Positions 29,277 to 39,440 are shown, numbered from the stretch's first letter. The stretch: 64,000 nucleotides of DNA from an uncultured delta proteobacterium (GCA_963753975.1 CAVWEH010000006.1:1-64000), one strand, 5' to 3'. Notes: generated by a model from the sequence alone, not told the origin. Numbers and translations are program-made.

Positions 29277-30521
29277 TCATCTCCCTCTGTCGCTTTCTCC
29301 CTTTTCGCCTTTACCTTTCTCGGTGACACCCGTTCTTTCCGGATGGGGTTTAACTTGACCGGGTGACCGGACTTCTACATTTCTGTTTTTTGGCGCCATC
29401 TTCCTATCCAGTTGTTCCCGTTTCACGCCTTTACCTTTCTCCATAACACCTTTTCTTTCCGGACGGGGTTTAACTTGAGCAAACGGTTTAACTTGCCCGG
29501 GCGGCCGGCCTCCTATATTTCTATCCACTTGCTCCCGTTTTACGCCTTTATCTTTCTCCACAAAAGGCTTTCTTTCTTTGCTCTGATCAATTTTACGCGG
29601 AGTCTCAATTTTACGTTCAGGCCTTCTTGCGGAAACCGGGGCGACAGGCCTTGCCGGAGGCCGGTAACGGGGAATTTCTCGGGCGCGTTCTTCGCGTACA
29701 AATCTTTTTTCACGGTCGGGACGCCAATGAGTGCGTTCCATGCTCCTGTAAACATCTACGTGCCTGTTGAATCTTCTTGTTCTGTCAATATTTATGATCG
29801 TCACATTGTGAGCATGCCAATTGAACGCACACCAGCCGAAGACTCCGACGCCGACAAATACCCGAGGAGCAAAAACTACTCGCGGACCAATAACCGCCAC
29901 TCCGGGATAAAGTATGGGAAAAGGCGGGTACGCCGGATACCACCACGGCCCATAAACCACATAAGGATCATAAACCGGCACATAAATATAGTTGGGACTT
30001 ACCGTTTCAATGCTAATAGCACGTTCCTCGACTATCACCTTCTGCTCTGGAGTTGTCGAAATATTTCCCTGGGCGTATGCTTTGGCGCGTAAATCTTGAA
30101 CTGTATCCATGACCTCCTGCTCCTGATTAACGAAAGCATCACCCAGCCGCGCCGTCCAGCTCAGGTTATCAGTCATCATGGAAAGGACTTTGGGATAATA
30201 GCAAAGCGAAAGAACACTGACATCCCAATCCTTTTCTTTTAGGGCATTGTCCAAGGCATTACCCGTGAGACCGGGGTTTTTAGCCAGAAACTTATCAGCT
30301 TCAGCCACTTCTAAAGGATAGGATGCCGCCATCAATACCTGCGATAAAAGAGCATCGGGATAAAGGGCAATAGGCGCCAGCATCTGCGTTAATTCTTCTT
30401 TGCTGAAATTTTGGGTTGCCGAAGATTCGCTATTGTTCTGGGATTGGGCCCAAACCGGCGCTAAAATTACCATCAGCATTACCGCTGATGCTATAATTCT
30501 ATTGATACATTTACCATTCAT
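29277..30521 (-). CDS. DUF3300-domain exported protein with repetitive basic tail
   Basis: Signal peptide, LAPIALYPDALLSQVLMAASYPLEV, WDVSV, IYVPVYDP. Confidence 0.85.
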   Translation of the reverse strand: MNGKCINRIIASAVMLMVILAPVWAQSQNNSESSATQNFSKEELTQMLAPIALYPDALLSQVLMAASYPLEVAEADKFLAKNPGLTGNALDNALKEKDWDVSVLSLCYYPKVLSMMTDNLSWTARLGDAFVNQEQEVMDTVQDLRAKAYAQGNISTTPEQKVIVEERAISIETVSPNYIYVPVYDPYVVYGPWWYPAYPPFPILYPGVAVIGPRVVFAPRVFVGVGVFGWCAFNWHAHNVTIINIDRTRRFNRHVDVYRSMERTHWRPDREKRFVREERAREIPRYRPPARPVAPVSARRPERKIETPRKIDQSKERKPFVEKDKGVKREQVDRNIGGRPPGQVKPFAQVKPRPERKGVMEKGKGVKREQLDRKMAPKNRNVEVRSPGQVKPHPERTGVTEKGKGEKGESDRGR

Positions 30522-30808
30522 GGTTTAATCTCCTTAATGCTGGATTTTTTTATCGTCAATCTTCTTACTAACCGCTTTTTCTTAGTTTCACAGAACTGAT
30601 TAAAAAGCAAGGCCTGTGCCATTACAGTTATTCTTCTCTAACTTACCGTAATGAATGATTAATATCGATATCGAAAAACTATTGTTTAAATTCATCAGCA
30701 ATTTAATGGAGAAAATATACCCGGTATAAATATCCAGGTGGATACAATTTACCCGCAAGCTATTGGAGTGTCGCCTTTCCGAATAAAATCGAAAAACCAA
30801 TTATTTAG

Positions 30809-31357
30809 CTATGGACGAAGAAATTCCGCATTCACCCGGTCTTCGGCATTCAGCGCAACACCTTCCCTATGGAGCAATTCTTTTTTCATCTTCAGGCCGC
30901 CGCCAAAACCGCCCAACGACCTGTCGGCACGAACCACGCGATGACATGGAACAATTAAAGGAAAAGGATTATTCGCCAGCGCTGTGCCGACGGCCCTCGC
31001 CGCGCGAGGAGCGCCCAATCTGGCCGCCAATCCGGAATATGTGGCCACTTTGCCGCGCGGTATTTTGCAGGTTTGTTTTAATACCTGGGCCGAGAAATCC
31101 GTGAGCTGGGATAGATTCAGGAACGAAAGATTCGCATTTTCTTTCTTACCCAAAAATAATTTTGCAATCCGGCCATCGATACCGCCCGGAATCCTGCGTG
31201 CAGCTTTATTTATTTGCGGATAATCTTTAAAGATTCGTTCTTTCAATTTCCTTTTCCGATTAGGCAAATAAATATATTCAATTCGCGGCTTCTTTCCGGC
31301 ATAATCCCAGACCAGCCCTATTTCTTCTTTCCCGACTTTGATAATTTGATAGTTCAT
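30809..31357 (-). CDS. ogt: Methylated-DNA-protein-cysteine methyltransferase
   Basis: RAVGTALANNP, VPCHRVV active site, LGGFGGG. Confidence 0.92.
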   Translation of the reverse strand: MNYQIIKVGKEEIGLVWDYAGKKPRIEYIYLPNRKRKLKERIFKDYPQINKAARRIPGGIDGRIAKLFLGKKENANLSFLNLSQLTDFSAQVLKQTCKIPRGKVATYSGLAARLGAPRAARAVGTALANNPFPLIVPCHRVVRADRSLGGFGGGLKMKKELLHREGVALNAEDRVNAEFLRP

Positions 31358-31476
31358 AGCTTCCTCTTTTCTTCATCCTTCAATTTTCAGTCTAATAGCC
31401 TTCAGTTATTTTCTTTCCCTTTACTCCTTACTTTTTATTATTTGCTTTGTCTTCAACTTGCAACCCCTGATTGAAA

Positions 31477-31604
31477 GCGACTTCGTAAAACGCCCCGGAG
31501 GCAAGGCGCGCAAATAGCGAGGAATGCGGCGTACATTAGCATACGCCGGATAAATTCCGCATATGCACAGCCCGGCGAATGCCGGGGCCTTTTTTCGGAG
31601 GCGC
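31477..31604. mobile_element. Family-B MITE-like element, copy 1
   Basis: Imperfect TIRs GCGACTTCGTAAAACGCCCC / GGGGCCTTTTTTCGGAGGCGC; internal CGCCGGATAAATTCCGCA shared with the 34239 copy. Confidence 0.7.
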
Positions 31605-31608
31605 CCGC

Positions 31609-32322
31609 TCACATATGATCAATTAGAATCTTAACACCAATGGCTATCAAAACGATACCGCCGAATATTCCCACTTTTTTGCCGAAAATTCCGGCGAGCC
31701 CCTTGCCGAATATCATCCCCACCACCGTCATGAGAAAACAAACGATGCCGATAATGACCGCGGGAAACATTATCTCCGTCTTTAACAAAGAGAAGCTGAA
31801 TCCCACTGCCAGCGCATCAATACTCGTGGCAATGGAGAGGAATAACAGCGGCAGCCCTTTGGTCTGATCGTTTATTTCCTTTTCTTCTCCCTTCCTCAAT
31901 GCCTCCCAGATCATCCTACAGCCGACGTAAGCCAGAAGCGCAAACGCCACCCAATGATCATAATGGGCAATAATTCCCACGACGGTTAAACCGGCGAGCC
32001 ATCCGATAATCGGCATCACAAACTGAAAAGCTCCGAAAGATGAGGCCAGACGCAAAACAGGCTGCCATGATTTGTTTGTGAAACTCCGATTCCAAAAGCG
32101 AAGACCGGCGGATGCAGGGCGAAGCGCATTGGAATTGGTTAGTTGAACAATCCCGCCAAGCGGAGGGTATGATACCCCGCTGCCTGCTGCGGAATCGGTT
32201 TCTAAATCTTTTCTTGAAGGTTCATACCCGTGCTGATTATTTGCCGCGCCAATACCAATAGCTACAGAAAACGCATCCACACCCAGAGCAACAGCCAAAA
32301 GAAAAATTGTAATTAAATCCAT
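31609..32322 (-). CDS. mntP: Manganese efflux pump MntP carrying an in-frame repeat insertion
   Basis: ALGVDAFSV, FQFVMPIIGW, DHWVAF, SIATSIDALAVG; 237 aa against about 185 aa typical. Confidence 0.9.
   Translation of the reverse strand: MDLITIFLLAVALGVDAFSVAIGIGAANNQHGYEPSRKDLETDSAAGSGVSYPPLGGIVQLTNSNALRPASAGLRFWNRSFTNKSWQPVLRLASSFGAFQFVMPIIGWLAGLTVVGIIAHYDHWVAFALLAYVGCRMIWEALRKGEEKEINDQTKGLPLLFLSIATSIDALAVGFSFSLLKTEIMFPAVIIGIVCFLMTVVGMIFGKGLAGIFGKKVGIFGGIVLIAIGVKILIDHM
32077..32235. repeat. Family-A repeat inside the mntP coding sequence (about 159 bp, 53 codons)
   Basis: GTGAAACTCCGATTCCAAAAGCGAAG...AATCCCGCCAAGCGGAGGGTATGATACC...TGCTGCGGAAT...TTCATACCCGTG is collinear with 1628-1822. 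Confidence 0.85.
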
Positions 32323-32331
32323 ACCGGATAA

Positions 32332-34182
32332 TTATTCCCGCTTTTCACTTCTCAAATGAGAATAAATTTTTTCCGCCAGTTCCTTACCAATTCCCGGCAC
32401 TTTTTGCAATTCTTCCAGAGTTGCGTTTTCAACTTGTTTAGCGGAACCGAAATGTTTCAGCAGTATCTTCCGACGCGCCTCGCCGATATCAGGAATCTCA
32501 TCAAGAATCGAAGAGAGATCGCTCTTTTCTTTTAGTTGATGATGATAGCTTAAAGCAAAACGGTGCGCTTCATCCCGCACACGTTGCAACAGCGCCAAAG
32601 CCTGAGGCCAGGCCTTAAGGTAAACAGGGTCTTTACGCCGCGGCAGATAAACACGATCTTCGGATTTTCCGGTTTTCTTTCTTATGATGCCTTTGCTGGA
32701 AAATATAGTACGCTCTTCCTTGGCCAAGCCGCTGACATCGACTTTTATTTTCAAATCCCTCAGTACGGAAAGAGCGACATTCAGTTGGCCTTTGCCGCCG
32801 TCAACAACGACTAAATCCGGCAGATTTTCGTCATGGGCAAACCGGCGCGAGAGCACCTCATGCATCATTGCATAATCGTCCGCTTCCGCTATCGTTTTGA
32901 TCTGAAAGCGGCGATAACCCGCTTTATCCGGCTCGCCATCCTGAAAGACAACCATTGAGCCCACGGCGTGCTTGCCGCTGATATTGGAGATATCGTAGCA
33001 TTCGATTCTTTGCGGTAATTTTGTAAGCGACAATTTCTCGTGCAGAATATGCAGTATTGCCGATTTTTCTTCTTCCTTCTTTTGTCCGGTTTCCCAGAGA
33101 CTCTCGGCATTGGCACAGGCCATGTCCAACAAGTTTTTCTTTGAGCCGCGAATAGGAACAGTGAGAATAACCTTCTTCCCCTTTTTATCCGTCAGCCACT
33201 CGGCAATCACGGCTTCATCCGGCAAATGACAGGGAATGATAATTTCTTCCGGCAGAGTTACTTCGGCATCGTAATATTGAGTGAGACTGGAAGAAATAAT
33301 TTCCGTTATATCCGCCTTAATTTTCAGCGGCGTAAACGATTTACTGCCCAATAATTTTCCGCCGCGGATAAATAAAATGCATATCTGAAAATAATCCTTG
33401 CCGGCGTAAGCACCCAGCACATCTATATCGTGGCTTTCCGTCCAATCCACGTTTTGTTTTTCCAGAGTTTGTTCGACAGCGCCGATGCGGTCGCGCAAAC
33501 GCGCGGCTTCTTCATAATTTAATTTTTGCGAGGCTTCCTGCATTTGCCCTTTGAGATTGGCGATCAATGATTTTCTGCGCCCCTGCAAAAAGGAAACGGA
33601 GTTTTCCACCAATCGGCGGTAAGATTCCTCATCAATTAAATCTTTGCAGGGAGCAAGGCAGCGGCCTATTTGATGTTCGAGGCACGGTCTTTTCCGCAGT
33701 TGGAAATCGTGATCGCGGCAACTGCGCAAAGGAAATATCTGCTGCACGAACTTCAGAGTTTCCTTAGCCGCCGCGCTCGACGGATAGGGGCCGAAATAAA
33801 GCACGGCCTTATTAAGCCTACGGCGGACAAGCTGCAGCCGGGGAAATTTTTCCACGGGATCAAGGGATAAATGATAATAAGTTTTATCGTCGCGCAAATT
33901 GACGTTATAACGCGGATGGTGGCGCTTGATTAAATTGTTTTCCAGAATCAGCGCTTCTTTTTCCGTGGCGGTCGTAATGAACTCAATGTCACTTATGCGC
34001 GACATCAAAAAAGGCGCCATAGGACGAGTATCCTTGCCGGTAAAATAAGAACTGATGCGGCTTTTTAAATTGCCGGCCTTACCGATGTAGATAATCTTCT
34101 GCGCCGAATCCTTCATCAAATAAACGCCGGGACTACGCGGAGCAGTATGTACTTTTTCTTTTAAACAATTATTTTCTTCCAT
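32332..34182 (-). CDS. uvrC: Excinuclease ABC subunit C
   Basis: GIY-YIG (PGVYLMK, IYIGKA), PRYNVNLRDDK, ECYDISN, VDGGKGQ, RDEAHRFA, HhH tail. Confidence 0.97.
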   Translation of the reverse strand: MEENNCLKEKVHTAPRSPGVYLMKDSAQKIIYIGKAGNLKSRISSYFTGKDTRPMAPFLMSRISDIEFITTATEKEALILENNLIKRHHPRYNVNLRDDKTYYHLSLDPVEKFPRLQLVRRRLNKAVLYFGPYPSSAAAKETLKFVQQIFPLRSCRDHDFQLRKRPCLEHQIGRCLAPCKDLIDEESYRRLVENSVSFLQGRRKSLIANLKGQMQEASQKLNYEEAARLRDRIGAVEQTLEKQNVDWTESHDIDVLGAYAGKDYFQICILFIRGGKLLGSKSFTPLKIKADITEIISSSLTQYYDAEVTLPEEIIIPCHLPDEAVIAEWLTDKKGKKVILTVPIRGSKKNLLDMACANAESLWETGQKKEEEKSAILHILHEKLSLTKLPQRIECYDISNISGKHAVGSMVVFQDGEPDKAGYRRFQIKTIAEADDYAMMHEVLSRRFAHDENLPDLVVVDGGKGQLNVALSVLRDLKIKVDVSGLAKEERTIFSSKGIIRKKTGKSEDRVYLPRRKDPVYLKAWPQALALLQRVRDEAHRFALSYHHQLKEKSDLSSILDEIPDIGEARRKILLKHFGSAKQVENATLEELQKVPGIGKELAEKIYSHLRSEKRE

Positions 34183-34238
34183 GTTTATATTTTCCAAAGA
34201 CTGATAAATCGTAAAAACCAAATGAGCAAGCAATTTCA

Positions 34239-34380
34239 GACGGCTTTGTAAAAAGTTCCAAAGGCAAAGCACACGAATCTTAAAGTGTAATCCGGTATTC
34301 GCCGGATAAACTCCGCAGATGCTTGCCCGGTCATGATGACCTTCAGGTTACGTATGCCGGGGACTTTTTACGATGTCGTC
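34239..34380. mobile_element. Family-B MITE-like element, copy 2
   Basis: Imperfect ~21-bp TIRs GACGGCTTTGTAAAAAGTTCC / GGGACTTTTTACGATGTCGTC; non-coding. Confidence 0.75.
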
Positions 34381-34415
34381 ATGCTGCTTATAATTGATTT
34401 GACGACATTATTCAA

Positions 34416-34667
34416 TCAAGTTCTTGTCGGACTATCAGATGGTTGCTTTGGAAAAAAATGACCATTGTCAAAATAAGCCGCGACTTGGCTTATCCATTTT
34501 AAAGCATAATTAACATTATTCTTTTCAAATGCCAATTTAGCATCTGCTACAAGCGGACCATCCATAGTGTCACAATGTGCGGCAGCAAAGCTGCAAATTT
34601 CGAGGGTCAGTACTGTCGCGATAGCGACTGCCAAAAGTATTCGAGTTAACCCTGATTTCTTTTTCAT
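34416..34667 (-). pseudogene. Truncated DUF6448-like exported protein
   Basis: Signal peptide then AHCDTMDGPLVADAK...NVNYALKWI, after which similarity ends and a stop follows. Confidence 0.55.
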
Positions 34668-34815
34668 TGTGATGTTCCTCATTTGCGTCAAGTTGTTTTG
34701 GTTATTTTTCCTTGTCGCATTTCTTCCAGAACTCATTTATTGATTAACAATGAAGAGCTTTTATATCTGAAGTGATATAATCTCTATGAATAAATGGTAA
34801 TCCCTTGATCAAAGC

Positions 34816-35106
34816 TTACCCAGCAATTACCTCGTAAAAATGAGGAGTCGGTAAACCTTCAAACAATTGTTTAACCCGATTGCCTGCTTCTTCATGAATA
34901 GCACTGCTGTGCAAAGCCATAAATGACTCATAACTCTCGTGTTCTACAACAGCGGCGTAATTACCTTCTTTTAAGGGCTTCAATAGCCGCCTTTTGATAA
35001 GGCCTTCTTGCTTAGCAAATACTTCATTAGACCAGGTAAACCACTTCCTAAACTCATCATCCTTCCCTGCTTTGATCGGTGGAAAATTTATAATAACCAC
35101 AAACAT
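34816..35106 (-). CDS. Antibiotic biosynthesis monooxygenase (ABM) domain protein
   Basis: About 96 aa with a ferredoxin-like pattern (MFVVIINF...FAKQEGLIKRRLL...HSSAIH); AGGAGG RBS. Confidence 0.7.
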   Translation of the reverse strand: MFVVIINFPPIKAGKDDEFRKWFTWSNEVFAKQEGLIKRRLLKPLKEGNYAAVVEHESYESFMALHSSAIHEEAGNRVKQLFEGLPTPHFYEVIAG

Positions 35107-35228
35107 GATAGACACCTCCTTTTTTAGTTTTTCTGATACATTGATATGTTTCACATGCCTTTGAGAAGTGCTTGCTGAAAATACCTACAAGTCAACGAGC
35201 ATGGTGAATATTTTGATGATTTGCGTCA

Positions 35229-36083
35229 TTAAAGCGTTGCATAGGCAATGGCGGAACGTTTGGGGATGTGCAGGTCTGTGGGACGCTGACGGAAGTATCT
35301 CTCTTCGGCTTCTTCGGCGGAGAAAAACACAATGGTCTTGAAACCTGTCTGACGCAGTTTTGTTTCGATTGCCGCGGGGGTAAAGAAGCTGACAAATGGT
35401 TCTCCAACACCGGAGACAATTTTAGACAAGGAAAAATGAAAGCTGCTTTCCGGGCCGGATAATGAATCCGGGGGCTGGGCGAAAGTGAATGTGATTTCGC
35501 TCTCCAACGGAAATTGAGCAATAGTCCGCAGCACTGCGTCAATAGCATCTTCTTGAAGATACATGGTAACGCCCAGCCAGGAAAAAAAAGACGTCTCCGA
35601 AAGCGATACGCCATTGCGCAGGAGTCCATCGCGTAACGATTCATGCTCAAAGTCGATACCGGCAAAGCTCAGATTCGGCGGGATCGCCATGCCGGCTTGC
35701 TCCAAGCGCAGTCGTTTTTGAGCCTGGGTTGCCGGCTGATCCACTTCAAATATCTTCAGCGCTTTTGCCCACGCTGGTTGTCTGTAGGCAAAGGTGTCGA
35801 AACCCGCTCCCAGGATTACATATTGTGTGATTCCCCGGCCGGCTGCTTCCGCCAGGCGGTCTTCAGCAAAACGCGACCGCAGAACAACGTGCGCGCGCAA
35901 CGCGCGCGCTTCCAACGTTTGATGGTGATCCCTGCTGTTATTAATCTGACGGCAGGCATCCTCTCCCAGCAGTGTCAGTGCGGTGGGATCATCCAGAATC
36001 AAAGGCTTGGCGTCCAGCAATTGATGTACCCCCCGCATGAATAATGTTCCTAAGGCTGTGTTGCTGGCATTGCGATCCGCCAT
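35229..36083 (-). CDS. SAM-dependent methyltransferase, LCM/TIGR00027 family
   Basis: QYVILGAGFDTFAYR, FEVDQP, WLGVTMYL. Confidence 0.88.
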   Translation of the reverse strand: MADRNASNTALGTLFMRGVHQLLDAKPLILDDPTALTLLGEDACRQINNSRDHHQTLEARALRAHVVLRSRFAEDRLAEAAGRGITQYVILGAGFDTFAYRQPAWAKALKIFEVDQPATQAQKRLRLEQAGMAIPPNLSFAGIDFEHESLRDGLLRNGVSLSETSFFSWLGVTMYLQEDAIDAVLRTIAQFPLESEITFTFAQPPDSLSGPESSFHFSLSKIVSGVGEPFVSFFTPAAIETKLRQTGFKTIVFFSAEEAEERYFRQRPTDLHIPKRSAIAYATL

Positions 36084-36140
36084 CGTGTAAATGTCCTTTC
36101 CCGTTACAACTTGAAGGTGTGTTATTCGTTGGATGGATAT

Positions 36141-36184
36141 GGGGACGGCGCCCGCTTTAAAGAAAACAGGACGCTATCCCTAAT
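36141..36184. repeat. REP-like inverted doublet (GGGACAG family)
   Basis: GGGGACGGCG...GAAAACAGGACGCTATCCCTAAT; reverse complement of the right arm matches ATTAGGGACAGCGCTCTGTTTTC near 42253 at 20 of 23 positions. Confidence 0.6.
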
Positions 36185-36193
36185 TATCGAATG

Positions 36194-37162
36194 TCAATCC
36201 TCAAAGAAGAGACTGTTCTTGACTGGATTCTTGCCGTCAAAGAAAATAGGTATTCCGTCCCACCCCCAAAATGAGCCAGTCGATACTTTCATCGCTTGTA
36301 TATGAAGATGTGGTTGACTCGTCCACCCGGAATTACCCGCTTCTGCAATTGGCTGTCCCTTCTTAACCATATCCCCTACCTTCACCAATATGCTTCCCTT
36401 TTGCAGATGACCCATGAGAACACCGAAGCCGTTTGACTTGATCAAAACATGGTTGCCAACATTGTACGGAGGATTGCCGCTCCACGGAGTCTCATTAGGC
36501 CATTTGTCTTCGACGTAAGAGACCTCACCATCACAGGGGCTATAGACGTTTTGATTGAATATGGCGTACTTGTCATTTTGCAGGGACAGAAACCCATCGG
36601 CGTCATTACCCCACCGTGTAACTTTCGCGATGTCCACGGCGTATCTCATAGAAAGATTTATACGGGAGCCCTGGTGAATCGATGCACCGTAGTGATAGTT
36701 CATGAGAGAGCTCACTCTGCCGTTGCCGCCTTCAAAGACCGCGTACGTGCCATGCTTGAATGGAAATGCAAGGTTGACGGGCATCTCATCGTAGAAGTGC
36801 GACCGGACTGCGCCTACCACGAAATAAACCAGCACTACTGAGATAATAAGTCCGGCACCGTATCCAACCCATCCTGAGAAATCAGGTGTGACGAACAGTG
36901 GCAGACTTTTTACGCGCATGAAGGACTGTATGGTGACCACTACGGTGAGAATGAGAATCGCGTACCGCAGATAGAAGCTTGCGTACACCCACGATCCCAG
37001 AAGGAAGCAAAATGCTGTGTAAGAAATGAGGACCAGTATCTGGAAACCCCATGTCGTTAGACTGGCGTAGCTTCTCGCCCCTGTCCATAGGATCAAAGCA
37101 AGCGGAACGATCAGATGAAGCATTACGATAAGGGTCATCGCAGTAAAATGGCTAAAGCGCAT
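36194..37162 (-). CDS. Membrane-anchored M23 family metallopeptidase
   Basis: N-terminal TM segments; GNHVLI, GHLQKGS, GNSGWTSQPHLH (HxH). Confidence 0.85.
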   Translation of the reverse strand: MRFSHFTAMTLIVMLHLIVPLALILWTGARSYASLTTWGFQILVLISYTAFCFLLGSWVYASFYLRYAILILTVVVTIQSFMRVKSLPLFVTPDFSGWVGYGAGLIISVVLVYFVVGAVRSHFYDEMPVNLAFPFKHGTYAVFEGGNGRVSSLMNYHYGASIHQGSRINLSMRYAVDIAKVTRWGNDADGFLSLQNDKYAIFNQNVYSPCDGEVSYVEDKWPNETPWSGNPPYNVGNHVLIKSNGFGVLMGHLQKGSILVKVGDMVKKGQPIAEAGNSGWTSQPHLHIQAMKVSTGSFWGWDGIPIFFDGKNPVKNSLFFED

Positions 37163-37203
37163 ATTATTCCCTCCTTTATTTCCCTGAGCATTAACGGCTA
37201 TCC

Positions 37204-37770
37204 TTAATTATCCCTTTCCATATCGAGCATCTTTTTGAACCTTTCCACAAGCGGACCATCCTTGCGCCAGGCATGGCAAGTATTGATAAGAAATTCTAAG
37301 ATCATCCTGGCACGATCAGGATCGAAAACTGCCGGCTTCTTTGATTGATATGCCGCATATCCCTGGACGGCAGCCGGGGCCATTGCCTGGAGGAGCTCCA
37401 CCAAATGGGCGCATCCCTTTTTGCCTCCGGCCAAATTTTTTACTTTCGCCGTAAAGCCTTTGGTAATAGTCAATCCCCTTACGGGTGCGAGGCACCCGCT
37501 AGTTTCCCGGCAATCGTCCCTTGGCACAGATATCATGTCCACATCAATATCTTCAATCAAAAGATTAGAACAATTAACCAGCAGTCGTATGGCCATGTGA
37601 TGAATGACGCCGCGGGGAAACGTTTCCCCGGTTATCACACGAGATTCCTGAAAACGATCATCTTTGAGGAAACCTTCGACAATTATTTTTTGTCCGTCAT
37701 AATCGTATGTCGTTACTTCTATATTTCGTGTGTGCAGTTTTTCCCCTTTTGATTTCCAAATGGATTGCAT
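37204..37770 (-). CDS. DUF2889 family protein
   Basis: LHTRNI, IHHM, GCAHLVEL, NTCHAW. Confidence 0.75.
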   Translation of the reverse strand: MQSIWKSKGEKLHTRNIEVTTYDYDGQKIIVEGFLKDDRFQESRVITGETFPRGVIHHMAIRLLVNCSNLLIEDIDVDMISVPRDDCRETSGCLAPVRGLTITKGFTAKVKNLAGGKKGCAHLVELLQAMAPAAVQGYAAYQSKKPAVFDPDRARMILEFLINTCHAWRKDGPLVERFKKMLDMERDN

Positions 37771-37883
37771 TTTATTTTGATTCTCCTATAATATTTTAAT
37801 CAGCTAATATCGTCACGGGGTAAATCCGGAAATATTTGATAGGCACTGTCCCAATTATTTCCAGGGGAGCATGATGGGTGTAC

Positions 37884-38993
37884 CTATAGAATCGCCTTTT
37901 CCTCTTTTTCAGTAACGCAGTAAACGCCCTTCCCTTCTCGTCCGGCAAGGAGGCAACGACTGTCGGAGATGCACCGCGCTTTGCTGTGATCTCCGGATTT
38001 CCAGCGGTTGATGAGGCCCGGCTCGCGGATGAACGGGCGCGACATGGAAATATAATCCGCCGTTCCTTCCGCCAAAAGTTTTTCAGTTAATTCAAAGGAT
38101 CGAATCCCACCCAGAAGAATCAATGGAATATTAATTTTCTTGCGGAAGGCGCGCGCCTCTTCCTGAAAATAAGCTTCTTTTTCTATACAATCAATTCCTG
38201 CGCGGACCGGTGAAAGTTTTCTTTCTGTGAGCATGCCGCCGCTTACTTCAACGGCGTCCAGACCCGCATCGGCCAGGAGACTTGTTGCTTTGATGGAATC
38301 AGCGAGTGTTAATCCGTTCTCGATGAAATCCTGGCAGTTAATCTTCGCCAGAATGGGGTAATCCAAGCCTACCGCATCTCTCATCGCCTTGTAGACTTCC
38401 AGAATAAACCGCGCCCGATTTTCGATGGAGCCACCGTAAGCATCTTGCCGTCGGTTATAGAAAGGCGATAAAAATTGGCTCAAGAGAAAGCCATGCGCGC
38501 CGTGTATCTGGACACCGTCAAAGCCTGCCGATTTTGCCCGCAAGGCGGCCTTCGCAAAAGCGGAAACAGTTTCCTGAATGTCTTGCAGTGTCATTTCTCG
38601 GCGCGGTGTAGCAGTAAGACCTGCAAAATTAGATGCCACGAAAGGAGGCTTGCCTGTTAACTTCTCGGCGGCAAAGTTTCCGGCGTGAGATAGCTGGGCC
38701 ACAATCTTTCCGCCTGCGCCGTGAACCGCCGTCGTCATCTTCCGTAGACTTTCGATCAATTCATCTTTATACATGCCGATCTGTCCGCCTGAGGCCCGTC
38801 CCTCGGTGCTCACGAAGCAGTGACTGGTGATGATCAGGCCTACGCCGCCTTCGGCAAATGCCTTCATCAGCTTGATTAGTTTTTCGGTGGGAGCGCCTGC
38901 GTCATCGGCCATTCCCTCCCACGTTGCCGCCCGGACAAAGCGATTGGATAATCTCATCCCATTGATGGCGCTCTCTTCAAATAATTCTTTCAT
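37884..38993 (-). CDS. NADH:flavin oxidoreductase (Old Yellow Enzyme family)
   Basis: NRFVRAAT, QLSHAG, GFDGVQIHGAHGFLLSQFLSP, YGGSIENRAR. Confidence 0.92.
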   Translation of the reverse strand: MKELFEESAINGMRLSNRFVRAATWEGMADDAGAPTEKLIKLMKAFAEGGVGLIITSHCFVSTEGRASGGQIGMYKDELIESLRKMTTAVHGAGGKIVAQLSHAGNFAAEKLTGKPPFVASNFAGLTATPRREMTLQDIQETVSAFAKAALRAKSAGFDGVQIHGAHGFLLSQFLSPFYNRRQDAYGGSIENRARFILEVYKAMRDAVGLDYPILAKINCQDFIENGLTLADSIKATSLLADAGLDAVEVSGGMLTERKLSPVRAGIDCIEKEAYFQEEARAFRKKINIPLILLGGIRSFELTEKLLAEGTADYISMSRPFIREPGLINRWKSGDHSKARCISDSRCLLAGREGKGVYCVTEKEEKAIL

Positions 38994-39002
38994 TTTATCT
39001 CC

Positions 39003-39440
39003 CTATTTCAATTGAGCTGCGATTACATTGTTTAAAGCTTTTTGCGCGGCAATGAGTTTTTCATATTTGGATTTTATTTTTTTCACATCCCCTGATTGAA
39101 TCGCCTTCAAGAGATCGCCCTCAATTTCGGCAATATCCAGCCTTTCATAGTAATCCATCGTTTCTTTGAGGTGGGCGAGGACAATTTTGCCCGTAAGAAT
39201 CGGATGATTATTGGTGACATTGGCATCGCTGAATCTCGTCCCGTGCTCCAGTTCGACTTCCAGGCCTACGCGGAATTCCTCAAGCGGAATAGGCATATTC
39301 TCTACATTGACAATCGCAAGAATCTTTTTCGCCTCGTCAGCGGAAACGACCGCGTCTTTCTTTTTTGACCAATCATCCAACCCGATCTCCGCACACACCC
39401 TTCCGACTTCTTTGGCTGTTACATATTCCGGCAATATCAT
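39003..39440 (-). CDS. DUF5661-like protein
   Basis: GLEVELEHG...IVLAHLKETMDYYERL. Confidence 0.65.
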   Translation of the reverse strand: MILPEYVTAKEVGRVCAEIGLDDWSKKKDAVVSADEAKKILAIVNVENMPIPLEEFRVGLEVELEHGTRFSDANVTNNHPILTGKIVLAHLKETMDYYERLDIAEIEGDLLKAIQSGDVKKIKSKYEKLIAAQKALNNVIAAQLK

